This document shows, one piece after another, positions 1 to 10,440 of a stretch of 64,000 bases of DNA. Origin of the DNA: Longimicrobiales bacterium (GTDB lineage Bacteria > Gemmatimonadota > Gemmatimonadetes > Longimicrobiales > Gaopeijiaceae). Position 1 is the stretch's first letter; every line of letters begins with the position of its first letter. The notes under the pieces are model-generated. The model made no database searches. It had not been told where the DNA came from and worked only from the letters and a program-made list of their open reading frames with translations. The stretch spans positions 256,001 to 320,000 of the forward strand of contig CAXXKM010000001.1 in NCBI GenBank assembly GCA_963664435.2, given 5' to 3'. A program made the translations under genes and the position numbers.

Positions 1-272
1 CTGGCCAGGTCCGCGGTGCCGTCGGTGGAACCGTCGTCCACGAGCACGACTTCACCGTCGAGGTGGAACTCGTGGAAGGCCTCTCGCAGTTCGCGCACCA
101 GGTCGGGGACAACGGGGGCCTCGTTGTAGGCGGGGATGACCACGGCGAAGTCCCTTCTGGCCTGCTGGATCTCTGCTTTCAGGTTATGCCCCGTTCGGAG
201 GATTGCGGTGCCGTTCGCGCCGTGCGGCGGGCGAGCGCGGTCAAGATGGTCTCGCAGGACACGGTACGCCAC
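1..272 (-). CDS. Glycosyltransferase family 2 protein, 5' part (runs off the left edge; start uncertain, GTG at 272 is one candidate)
   Basis: Manual minus-strand translation gives DFAVVIPAYNEAPVVPDLV...VVLVDDGSTDGTADLA, the GT2 N-terminal motifs. Not in the ORF track because it is truncated. Confidence 0.85.
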   Translation of the reverse strand, partial: MAYRVLRDHLDRARPPHGANGTAILRTGHNLKAEIQQARRDFAVVIPAYNEAPVVPDLVRELREAFHEFHLDGEVVLVDDGSTDGTADLA

Positions 273-523
273 TCGCGGCGGCCTCGTTCCCCACCGCGGC
301 GAAGCTTCGGAGACACCCCGGGAGCGGGAGCCCGGAGCCTGGGCCGGAGGCCGGTGAAGGCCGCCGGCTCAGCACTTGCGGTGGCATGGCGAATCGCGAG
401 ATTTGTCCCTGCCGGCAGGTGGCCGCGCCCCTCGCGGGAGCTGCGCGATGAGCAGAACCCGATCCGTGCCGCCCCCGGTTCTCCGACCCGTCCGAGAACG
501 CCCATCCCGTACCCGAGGCTGTC

Positions 524-2155
<1,632 letters not shown>

Positions 2156-2172
2156 CGGCACCGGGACCGGAC

Positions 2173-3012
2173 ATGGACACTGCACAGTCGAACGGCGGGA
2201 GTGTGGCCTTCATCGGCGCCGGGGCCATGGGCGCGGCCATGATCGGCGGCCTTGCGGGCGGTAACGACATCGATGCCGGACGTGTGATCGCGAGCGACCG
2301 CAACGAGGACCGGCTCGCACTGGTGCGGGACCAGTTCGGGGTCCGGACCACCCACTGCAACCGCGAGGCGGCCCGGGATGCGGACATCGTCGTCCTGGCG
2401 GTCAAGCCGCAGGTCCTTCCCGCCGTGCTCTCCGAGCTTCAGGGGCGGATACGCGAGGACGCGCTGACGCTTTCGATCGTGGCCGGCGCCACCATCGCCT
2501 CCATCGCCTCCCTGCTGGAGCACCGCGCCATCGTGCGCACGATGCCGAACACGCCGGCCCAGGTCGGAGAAGGCATGACCGTGTGGACCGCCACCCCGGA
2601 AGTCTCGCGGGAACAGCGCGCCCAGGCGGTAACCATCGTCGGGGCCCTGGGACGACAGCTGTTCGTTGACGACGAGAGGTTTCTCGACATCGCGACGGCC
2701 ATCAGCGGTACCGGGCCGGCCTACGTGTTTCTCATGATGGAGGCTCTCGTCGACGCGGCGGTTCATCTCGGGTTTTCGCGCAAGGATGCGCGCGAGCTGG
2801 TCGTCCAGACCATCCGCGGAGCGGCGATCTACGCGCAGCAGCAGCCGGTCCATCCGGCCGAACTGCGCAATCGCGTGACTTCGCCGGGCGGCACCACCGC
2901 CGAGGCGCTGTACCAGCTCGAGAAGGGCAGCTTCCGGACCATCATGTCCAAGGCGGTCCTGGCCGCGTTCAGGCGCAGCGTGGCACTGGGCGAGATGAGC
3001 ACGGAGCCGTAG
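2173..3012 (+). CDS. proC: Pyrroline-5-carboxylate reductase
   Basis: C-terminal part of ORF 877..3012 from ATG 2173: FIGAGAMG, LAVKPQ, RTMPNTP, SGTGPAY, VTSPGGTT. Confidence 0.95.
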   Translation: MDTAQSNGGSVAFIGAGAMGAAMIGGLAGGNDIDAGRVIASDRNEDRLALVRDQFGVRTTHCNREAARDADIVVLAVKPQVLPAVLSELQGRIREDALTLSIVAGATIASIASLLEHRAIVRTMPNTPAQVGEGMTVWTATPEVSREQRAQAVTIVGALGRQLFVDDERFLDIATAISGTGPAYVFLMMEALVDAAVHLGFSRKDARELVVQTIRGAAIYAQQQPVHPAELRNRVTSPGGTTAEALYQLEKGSFRTIMSKAVLAAFRRSVALGEMSTEP

Positions 3013-3053
3013 CGGGGGACGGCGCGCGGGCGCGGCGCGCGTAGACCCGCGGG

Positions 3054-5513
3054 CTAGCCCGGAAGGAGCCTCAGCCGGGAGATCGTGCGCGCCTCGACCT
3101 CGGACCGGTCGAGCGGCAGGCGCCACAGTTCGCCTCGCTGCCAGCGCTCCAGCTGGTCCCAGCTGTGGCGGTTGGCCGGCCGGCCGGACTGCCCTCCGGG
3201 GAGGATGAATACACCCCCGCGCCCCAGGTCTCCCAGGTCGACGATGGAGCGCTGGCTGGGTCCGGCGGTGACCTCGAACAGGGGGAGATTGCCCTCGAAC
3301 GGGGCCGCGTCGACCGTGTAGTCGTCGCCCGCCCGCGGCAGATCGCGCCGGCCGAAGCCCAGCAGGCCGCCGATCAGCGGCACCTCCTGGAAGGGATGCG
3401 AAATGCGCAGGAGGTGGACCTGCCCCCAGGATCGGCCGCTGGCGTCGGCTGCTTCGAGGGCGGCCTGCCCGGTCAGAGAGTCGACGCCCGCCCCTCCGGC
3501 GTCGAGCCCCCGCCCGACCATGTACTGCGGGAAGTATCCCGACCCGCCGGTGGCCGTGTGGAACCGCGCGCGCATGCCGGTCCGCAGTGCCTCCGCCCAG
3601 GCATGGAAGAGCGTCGCCTCGGTGCTTTCCACCGTCGCCCGGCCGTCCCACGCGTCGAGCGCGCCCGCCAGGCTGTCCAGCCCCACCCGCCGGAAGGCCG
3701 CGCTCGCCCGGCCCCGGTAACGGGCGATGAAGCCGCTCTGCACGTCCAGCTGGATGGTCCTCATCGACTCGGCGTCGTGATCGCCGCGCGCCTCGATCAA
3801 CTCGGTGATGCGCTGGGCGCGGTAGGGATCCTCCCAGCGGTCCGGCGAGATCAACAGCGAGAGGGAGTCCCGGCTCTGGCGGTTGTTCGCCGTGGCGATG
3901 AAGCCCGAGACCGGATTGAGCAGCCGGGGATTGCGCTCGTAGGGCAGCGTCCCGACCCAGTCGTGTTCTCCGGTCCAGCCGGGCACCGGCAGGAGCGGCG
4001 GTCGGCCGGAGCGGCGCAGGGGAACGGCGCCGGCGAGCTGGTAGCCGAAGTCGCCGGCGGTGTCGGCGAAAACCACGTTCTGGTAGGGACTGGTGAAGTG
4101 CGCCAGCGCGGCGATCAGCTCCGACGCGGAGTTGGCGAGGTTCATCGCCAGGATCCCGTCGAAGGTGGTCGAGGGGTCGTGCGCACCCCAGCGGAAGGAC
4201 AGGAGCTCGCCTCCCGGCACCGGATCGACCGCCGTCATGACGGGGCCGTGGCGGGTCTCGCGCACCAGCAGGCGCACAGGCTGGTCGCGGCCGCGCACCC
4301 GGATCGCTTCCTCGCGAACCCCGAAGGGCTCGCTGCCCTCGGGCGTCAGATAGCGCGTGGTGTCGGCCGGATCCACACGTTCGATGAAGAAGTCGGAGTC
4401 GTCGACCATGGCGTTGGTGAAGCCCCATGCAACGCCGGCGGTGTGTCCCGCGATCACCCCGGGCGCGCCCGGCAGGCTCTGCCCGACGACATCCAGGCCG
4501 GGCGCGTGCAGCCCGATCAGGTACCAGATGTTGGGGTGGTCCAGGCCCAGGTGCATGTCGTTGGCGACCAGGGGCCTGCCGCTCCTTGTGCGGGACCCTC
4601 CGACGACCCAGGAGTTGGATGCGCGCACGATGCTCGCCGCCTCGAGCGCGGTGCGGGCCGCCGCGGGCATGCGCGCCGAAGCGACCAGGTCGGCGGAGAC
4701 GGTGGGCGGCAGAGGGTCCCGCGAGGCCGGCCGATCCGCGATCGACGCGTCAGGCTCCGTAATCGACGCATCATTCGCCGAAGGCGCCGCGGGAGGCCCG
4801 GATCGCGACGCGCCGGTTGACGCCGGCGCCCCTGGAACGCCGGGACCATCCTGCAGAATCGTCACCCCCCAGTCGGGATAGGATGGCAGCAACTCCAGCA
4901 CGGCCTCGTCCCCAGCGGCTGCGCGCGCGCTGGCGAGCGACATCGAGATGCCGTACTGGGACAGGTCCCAGGCCATGATCTTCTCGACGGCGAGCGAGTG
5001 CTCGAGCGCCCAGGGTTCGAAGGTGGCGCGAACCAGGAGGAACTCCGGTGGCAGCAGGCCGCGCCACTCGTCCACGGCCGCGTTGACCCCGCGGACGTAG
5101 GCCTCCACGAGCGCTCGCGTCCCGGTGCTGACGGCCGTCTCCCGCCCGGCCCGCGCGAGGCCCAGCGTGCGCAGAAACCGGTCGGCATCCAGGGTCTCCT
5201 CGCCGAATAGTTCGCTCAATCGTCCCTGGGCGACCCGCCGGAACATCTCCAGCTGCCAGAGGCGGTCGGTAGCGTGAAGGTACCCCTGGGCGAAGACCGC
5301 GTCGGCCAGCGAACCCGCCCACACGTGGGGCACGCCGAGGGAGTCGCGCAAGACCTCCACCGGCTGCTCCAGGCCCGGAAGCGCGAGTTCCCCGGACGCC
5401 GGCGCGGGACCAGTTGCCAGTCGCCTGACCCAGATCGCGCCCGCGAGCGAGGCGAGCAGAATCCCGGCCAGCGTCCCGGGCAGGATCCTCCGGATCAGGC
5501 GGCCCTTGCTCAG
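3054..5513 (-). CDS. Penicillin acylase family (S45) Ntn-hydrolase with N-terminal membrane anchor; probable CTG start at 5513
   Basis: RDSLGVPHV, AQGYLHATDRLWQ, nucleophile SNSWVV, ANDMHL, ANN. The frame is open 51 codons upstream of the called GTG (5360) and encodes a basic plus hydrophobic anchor. Confidence 0.9.
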   Translation of the reverse strand: MSKGRLIRRILPGTLAGILLASLAGAIWVRRLATGPAPASGELALPGLEQPVEVLRDSLGVPHVWAGSLADAVFAQGYLHATDRLWQLEMFRRVAQGRLSELFGEETLDADRFLRTLGLARAGRETAVSTGTRALVEAYVRGVNAAVDEWRGLLPPEFLLVRATFEPWALEHSLAVEKIMAWDLSQYGISMSLASARAAAGDEAVLELLPSYPDWGVTILQDGPGVPGAPASTGASRSGPPAAPSANDASITEPDASIADRPASRDPLPPTVSADLVASARMPAAARTALEAASIVRASNSWVVGGSRTRSGRPLVANDMHLGLDHPNIWYLIGLHAPGLDVVGQSLPGAPGVIAGHTAGVAWGFTNAMVDDSDFFIERVDPADTTRYLTPEGSEPFGVREEAIRVRGRDQPVRLLVRETRHGPVMTAVDPVPGGELLSFRWGAHDPSTTFDGILAMNLANSASELIAALAHFTSPYQNVVFADTAGDFGYQLAGAVPLRRSGRPPLLPVPGWTGEHDWVGTLPYERNPRLLNPVSGFIATANNRQSRDSLSLLISPDRWEDPYRAQRITELIEARGDHDAESMRTIQLDVQSGFIARYRGRASAAFRRVGLDSLAGALDAWDGRATVESTEATLFHAWAEALRTGMRARFHTATGGSGYFPQYMVGRGLDAGGAGVDSLTGQAALEAADASGRSWGQVHLLRISHPFQEVPLIGGLLGFGRRDLPRAGDDYTVDAAPFEGNLPLFEVTAGPSQRSIVDLGDLGRGGVFILPGGQSGRPANRHSWDQLERWQRGELWRLPLDRSEVEARTISRLRLLPG

Positions 5514-6688
5514 CGCGACTCCTCCAGTGCCCGGTTGAAGTCGCGCTGCAGATCCCGGACATCCTCGAGCCCCACCGAAACCCGAACGAACCCGTCGGGG
5601 ATGCCTGCCTGCGTTCTCTCTGCCGGGGTCAGGCCGGTGTGAGAGGTGAAGCGCGGCTGCGATACAAGGGTCTCGACGCCGCCCAGGCTGGGAGCGACCC
5701 TGGCCACCTCCAGGCTTCGGCAGAAGGCGTCCGCACCCGCGCCCCCGCTCTCCAGCACGAAGCCCACCATGCCGCCGAACCCGTCCAGCAGCTCCCCCGC
5801 CAGCGCGCGGTCGGGATGACTGGCGAGGCCGGGGTAGGAGACCCGCGAAACCTCCGGACGGTTCTCCAGCCAGACGGCGAGTTCCATCCCGCTCCGGTTG
5901 TGGCGCTCCATGCGCACGGACAGCGTCTTGATCCCGCGCTCCAGCAGCCAGGCCGCGTGGGGATCCAGCGCCGGCCCGTAGAGCACCAGCATGCGCTGCA
6001 CGCGCTCGATCAGCTCACGGCTGCCGGAGACCACGCCCGCGATCAGGTCGGAATGGCCTCCGAGGTACTTGGTCGCGCTGTGGATGACGATATCCACGCC
6101 GAGGCGGGCCGGCCTGAGGTTGATGGGCGAAGCGAAGGTGGCGTCCATCATGGTGACCGCCCCGGCTTCGCGCGCGAGCCGAACCGGGATGCGGGGATCG
6201 AAGACCCGCATCACGGGATTGGTCGGGGTCTCCAGGAAGAGGATGCGGGTGTTGTCCCGCATCGCGGACTCCCAGGCACAGCCCTCGTCCGGATCGACGA
6301 AGGTCGTGGTCACGCCCCGGTGCGGCATCTCCTCGGCAAGCAACGTGCCGGTGGCGCCGTAGAGGTGCTTCGAGGCCACGACGTGGTCGCCGGCACGGGT
6401 GTTGGCGAGGACGGCGAGCGCGGTGGCCGCCATCCCGCTCGCGACGGCCAGCGACGCTTCCGTGCCCTCCAGCGCCGCCAGCTTTTCGGCCACCGCGACC
6501 TGGTTCGGGTTGTTCCCGTAGCGGGAGTAGCGCAGCTCGGGCGCATCGCCGGGCGCGTTCCAGAAGAAAGTGGAGCTCTGGACCACGGGAAGCACGACGG
6601 GCTCGCCGGGGCGCGGCTCGGGGCCCCCGGCGTGGACGCCCAGCGTACCCGGACCCCACGCCTCCCGTGACTCCGGGGAATCGTTCAT
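5510..6688 (-). CDS. Cys/Met metabolism PLP-dependent enzyme (cystathionine gamma-lyase/synthase or methionine gamma-lyase family)
   Basis: YSRYGNNPN, SGMAA, ETPTNP, HSATKYLGGHSD, SLGGVETL. GGAGG precedes ATG 6688. Confidence 0.92.
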   Translation of the reverse strand: MNDSPESREAWGPGTLGVHAGGPEPRPGEPVVLPVVQSSTFFWNAPGDAPELRYSRYGNNPNQVAVAEKLAALEGTEASLAVASGMAATALAVLANTRAGDHVVASKHLYGATGTLLAEEMPHRGVTTTFVDPDEGCAWESAMRDNTRILFLETPTNPVMRVFDPRIPVRLAREAGAVTMMDATFASPINLRPARLGVDIVIHSATKYLGGHSDLIAGVVSGSRELIERVQRMLVLYGPALDPHAAWLLERGIKTLSVRMERHNRSGMELAVWLENRPEVSRVSYPGLASHPDRALAGELLDGFGGMVGFVLESGGAGADAFCRSLEVARVAPSLGGVETLVSQPRFTSHTGLTPAERTQAGIPDGFVRVSVGLEDVRDLQRDFNRALEESR

Positions 6689-6759
6689 CGTCTCCTCCAA
6701 ACCGGGTGATTCAGCCCCGCGAGACCACCCGTCTCACGAGACGCTCGGCTCCAAATCCA

Positions 6760-6823
6760 CTCCTCATGCCATCAGGCTCCTCATGCCGCAGGCCTCCCCT
6801 CATCCCATCAGACTCCTCATCAG
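6760..6823. repeat. Four short direct repeats of CTCCTCAT-like units (ATGAGGAG on the minus strand)
   Basis: ctcctcatgcc at 6760 and 6777, ctcccctcatccc at 6794, ctcctcatcag at 6813. Confidence 0.7.
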
Positions 6824-7387
6824 ATTGCTCAGCGCCAGGTAGTCTCCGGACTCGGGCCGCTGGAAGACAAGTCCGCGCCGGACCAGCGATTCCAGAGTCG
6901 TGCGATCGACCTCGTCCGGAAGTTGCGCCGGGACCTCTCCCCGTGAAAGGGCGCCCCGCTCCTCCAGCGAACGCCAGACCCGGGCATCGGCGTCGCTCCG
7001 AACGCCCACCAGCCGGCACCGTCCCCCCGGGGTTTCCGCCACGGCGGCAAGCCGATGGCGTTCGAGAACGGCCTGGATCGGTTCCAGGTGCAGGTCGCTC
7101 ACGCCGCGAAAGATGAAGAAGGCGCGCGTGGCTTCCTCCGGCGGCTGGTAGTGCAGGAGGAGCTTCGCCACGACCTCGTCCGCGCACGAGAAATCCAGCA
7201 CGTGAACCTCCGAGAAGTCGATGACCGAGAGCGCCATCTCTCCCGCGCTCGCGAGCTGGCTCTCAATGGCCATCCGCACCGCGCGCCCCGTGGGCCGGGT
7301 CACCAGGTGCGCGTAGAGCGACGCCACCTGGCGCTCAACCAGGCGACGGAGGTCGATCGCCACCGGATCGACGCCGAATCCGTTCAT
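6800..7387 (-). CDS. STAS-like (DUF4325-like) domain plus C-terminal winged-helix protein (CapS-like architecture)
   Basis: VIDFSEVHVLDFSCADEVVAKLL resembles the STAS phospho-acceptor segment. The C-terminus VWRSLEERGALSRGEV...LESLVRRGLVFQRPESGDY resembles a wHTH. Confidence 0.65.
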   Translation of the reverse strand: MNGFGVDPVAIDLRRLVERQVASLYAHLVTRPTGRAVRMAIESQLASAGEMALSVIDFSEVHVLDFSCADEVVAKLLLHYQPPEEATRAFFIFRGVSDLHLEPIQAVLERHRLAAVAETPGGRCRLVGVRSDADARVWRSLEERGALSRGEVPAQLPDEVDRTTLESLVRRGLVFQRPESGDYLALSNLMRSLMG

Positions 7388-8310
7388 GAAGCCGGCCCCG
7401 GGTCCGTCATGCGGCTCTTCTCCTTGCCCCGCTCTTTCGCGGGCAGAACGATGTTGATCTGGGCGCCCGGAAAGCGGGCCAGCCCCTGCTCCAGCGCGGG
7501 GGTGTCGTCCCAGTCCGGCACGTCGGCGATGCGCGCGGTGCCGCTACGGATGGAGATGAGCCCATCCCAGCGCCGCACCTGCCTGCGGATCTGCTGAATA
7601 CCCTGGCCCCTGCCGGAGTCCTGAAAGCGGGTGACGCCGTGCAGGAAGGCTGCCTCCAGCGCCGTGCCGTCCCCCCATCGCTTTCCGTAGCTGCCGGCGT
7701 GCTCCGCGGCCAGCGATTCGCGGAAGCCGCGCCCCAGGTCGGACACGGCGATCACCAGCATCCAGCGCTCCCGGCGCTTCGCCCAGTAGTAGGCCTGCGC
7801 GGCCACCCATCCCGGGGCCTCCGCGTGTTCGATGATGTTCTGGCATACCTCCGAGAGCACGACCGAGAACTGGACGACCGTCACCAGCGGGTATCCCAGA
7901 GTGCGGGTGAGGATGGTCCCCGCGCGCGACTGTACGCGATCCACGACGGCATGCACATCGCTGTTGGTCGTCACCGGAGTGATCTCGAGCAGCACGTCGG
8001 AGCTCGCGGCGAACTCGCGCGGACGCCGGGCCTGCATCGAGAAGAAGCGCCGAGCCTGTTCGAAGAAGCGGATGCGCGCCAGGTATCCGAGGACCTTCGT
8101 CTGCCGGGGAAGCCGCAGATGGGGCGCCTGCCCCAGCCTGCGCTTCAGGAGCGCGCCCGCGCTCAGGAGGCCGACAAGGCCCTGCGGGTCGACGAAGCGA
8201 AGATAGCCCGCGTCGAAGAGCGCCTTGCCTTCGGCGACCTGGGCGCATTGCTGGAAGATGCTGTCGACGGTGGAGTAGTCCAGCGATGAGGGCACGCGGA
8301 TTACATGCAC
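7384..8310 (-). CDS. STAS-like plus GHKL/HATPase_c kinase (anti-sigma-factor-like, CapK-like architecture)
   Basis: N-box SEVCQNIIEHA, G1 VSDLGRGF, G2 GRGQGI, ISIRSG, FPGAQINI. N-terminal FDAGYLRFVDPQGLVGLL is STAS-like. Confidence 0.75.
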   Translation of the reverse strand: MHVIRVPSSLDYSTVDSIFQQCAQVAEGKALFDAGYLRFVDPQGLVGLLSAGALLKRRLGQAPHLRLPRQTKVLGYLARIRFFEQARRFFSMQARRPREFAASSDVLLEITPVTTNSDVHAVVDRVQSRAGTILTRTLGYPLVTVVQFSVVLSEVCQNIIEHAEAPGWVAAQAYYWAKRRERWMLVIAVSDLGRGFRESLAAEHAGSYGKRWGDGTALEAAFLHGVTRFQDSGRGQGIQQIRRQVRRWDGLISIRSGTARIADVPDWDDTPALEQGLARFPGAQINIVLPAKERGKEKSRMTDPGPAS

Positions 8311-8359
8311 CCGGCGAACTCCGGAGTTGGCGCGGCGGAAGCGGCGGGGACGACGCGGC

Positions 8360-9379
8360 TCATCCGCGGGCGATCCGCCCCTTGAGGTGGAGGTGCAGGC
8401 CGCGCGCGCCGCGGTGTTCGACGTTTCGGGCGGCCATGGAGTTGGCGGTGACGATCGCCCGCTCGAGGCGGTCGCCGTCCAGCAGGCGAGCGAAAAAGGT
8501 AGCGCCCCATACGTCCCCGCAGCCAGTCACATCCCCCTGGCGCGGGCCTCCCGGGATGTCGAACCGCCGGGTCGTGGCGGGGGCGGCGGTGGCCACCTGT
8601 CCGCGCATCGCGGGCCAGGTCGAGGTGTCGGGCGAGAAATCCGGCGCTGCGACATATGCCGCCCCGCGCGCGCCCATCGTGACGGCGATCAGCTTCAGGT
8701 CCGGTCCGACCACATGCGCCGCCAGCCGCCACGGGTCACCCGCTTCCCGGCCCAGCAGGGCGAATTCGTCGTCGTTCATCTGCACCGCGTCGAAGCAGCG
8801 CAGCCAGGAGTCCCACAGCGGCAGCGGGCGCGGCTCGCGTTCGCCGTGCCGCCCGATCCCCAGGAAGAGGGAGTGGAGGTCGGCATAGATCGGGCCATCG
8901 AACGCTTCACGCAGCAGCTGTGCGGTCTCGAGCTCCATCTCGAATCCGGAGATGAAGTTGACGTAGAGGGCGTCGCATTCGCCGGCGAGCGGCCAGCACT
9001 CCTCCCAGCCCCATGCCGGCACGCCCCCGGAGAGGCGCTCGCAGCGACGCTCGTCGTCCTGGTAGCGGAGTTCCACCCGGTTGTTGGGTTCGGGGACGAC
9101 ACGAACGGCCCGGTGCGGGTTCACGCGGGGGATCTCGCCCAGGAACCGGAGCGCGGGCTCGGCGAGGTCCCGGCCCACCTTGAGGATGGGGACGATGCGC
9201 CAGTGCCGCGGCAGCGACGCGGCCAGGGCCTCCAGGGCGTAACTCACCCCGCCCCACTCCTCCACGGGATGACCGCGACCGTCGCGCAGATGGATGGTGT
9301 CCCAGACGAGCGTGCCGACCACGCCGAGGAGGGGCCGGCGTGCCCGGGAATGGGGCCGTCGGGGGCGCGGCTCAACCAC
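8360..9379 (-). CDS. PfkB-family carbohydrate kinase
   Basis: GVVGTLVWD, WGGVSY, VQMNDDE, VTMGARG, DVTGCGDVWGA (variant DTxGAGD anion hole). Confidence 0.8.
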   Translation of the reverse strand: MVEPRPRRPHSRARRPLLGVVGTLVWDTIHLRDGRGHPVEEWGGVSYALEALAASLPRHWRIVPILKVGRDLAEPALRFLGEIPRVNPHRAVRVVPEPNNRVELRYQDDERRCERLSGGVPAWGWEECWPLAGECDALYVNFISGFEMELETAQLLREAFDGPIYADLHSLFLGIGRHGEREPRPLPLWDSWLRCFDAVQMNDDEFALLGREAGDPWRLAAHVVGPDLKLIAVTMGARGAAYVAAPDFSPDTSTWPAMRGQVATAAPATTRRFDIPGGPRQGDVTGCGDVWGATFFARLLDGDRLERAIVTANSMAARNVEHRGARGLHLHLKGRIARG

Positions 9380-10358
9380 GGGCCGGACCGGTCCGCAGGC
9401 GGAACACCCCCGCCGCCCCCACCACCCCCGCGGTCCCCGGGAGCGCTCCCGGCACCACCGTGCAGGCGCCCAGGGCCGAGCGGAAGCGGGGGCGGCCGAG
9501 CTCCGCGGCGAGGGGGCCGAAGAACAGGTCGCCGGCCGCGGCGACCCCGCCCATCACCACCACCGCGTCCGGAGCGAGCAGGTTGACCGCGCTGGTGATC
9601 CCGGCCGCGAGCATGCGTGCCGCGCGCGCCAGCACGCCGGCCGCGTAGGCGTCCCCCCCAACCGCCGCCTCGTGCACGGTGGCCGCGGTGATGCGGCCCA
9701 GGTCCCCCGCCACCAGGTTCGGCAGCGTCGACCGCGTCCCCCCGGCCAGTCCCTCGACCGCGGTGCGCGCGATCCCGGGCCCGGAAGCGTAGGCTTCGAG
9801 GCACCCCCGGCCCCCGCATGTGCAGCGGCGGCCCCCGAACTCCACCGTCATGTGCCCGATCTCCCCGGCCGTGCCCGTGGCTCCCGCGAAGGGCCGTCCT
9901 TCCATCACGACCCCGCCGCCGACGCCCGTGCCCAGGGTGATCCCCAGCACCGACCGGAAGCCGCGTCCCGCCCCCTGCCACCACTCCCCGTAGGCGGCGC
10001 AGTTGGCGTCGTTTTCCACGACGGCCGGCAGATCGGTCGCAGCCTCGACGCGGTCGCGCAGCGGAAGCCCGAACCACCCCAGGTTGTGCGACTCCAGTAC
10101 GATCCCGCGGGCGCGGTCGAGCGATCCGGGCGCCGCGACCCCCACGCCGGCGACCGCGGCGTCCGGGCCCTCCGCGCGCGCAAGCTCGTCGACGGCCGCG
10201 CGGATCATCCCGCACACCCGGGCGACCACCTTCTCCCCGCCCCGCCCCCCCGGCGTATCACCCGTCCGGAGCGCGCGCGGGTGGCCGCCCGCCGCCGGAA
10301 CCATGCCCACCGACAGGGTGGTCCCGCCGATGTCGACGCCCGCGATCCACTTCGCCAT
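9372..10358 (-). CDS. ROK-family sugar kinase (glucokinase-like)
   Basis: GVDIGGT, ENDANCAA, LGTGVGGG, GEIGH, CTCGGRGCLE. Start at 10358 or 10367. Confidence 0.93.
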   Translation of the reverse strand: MAKWIAGVDIGGTTLSVGMVPAAGGHPRALRTGDTPGGRGGEKVVARVCGMIRAAVDELARAEGPDAAVAGVGVAAPGSLDRARGIVLESHNLGWFGLPLRDRVEAATDLPAVVENDANCAAYGEWWQGAGRGFRSVLGITLGTGVGGGVVMEGRPFAGATGTAGEIGHMTVEFGGRRCTCGGRGCLEAYASGPGIARTAVEGLAGGTRSTLPNLVAGDLGRITAATVHEAAVGGDAYAAGVLARAARMLAAGITSAVNLLAPDAVVVMGGVAAAGDLFFGPLAAELGRPRFRSALGACTVVPGALPGTAGVVGAAGVFRLRTGPARG

Positions 10359-10440
10359 CAGAGCCATCCCATGAGATCCACCGGACCGTCACGACGCGCC
10401 CGACGAAGCATCACCGGTTACGACTGTTATCTACTGACAT

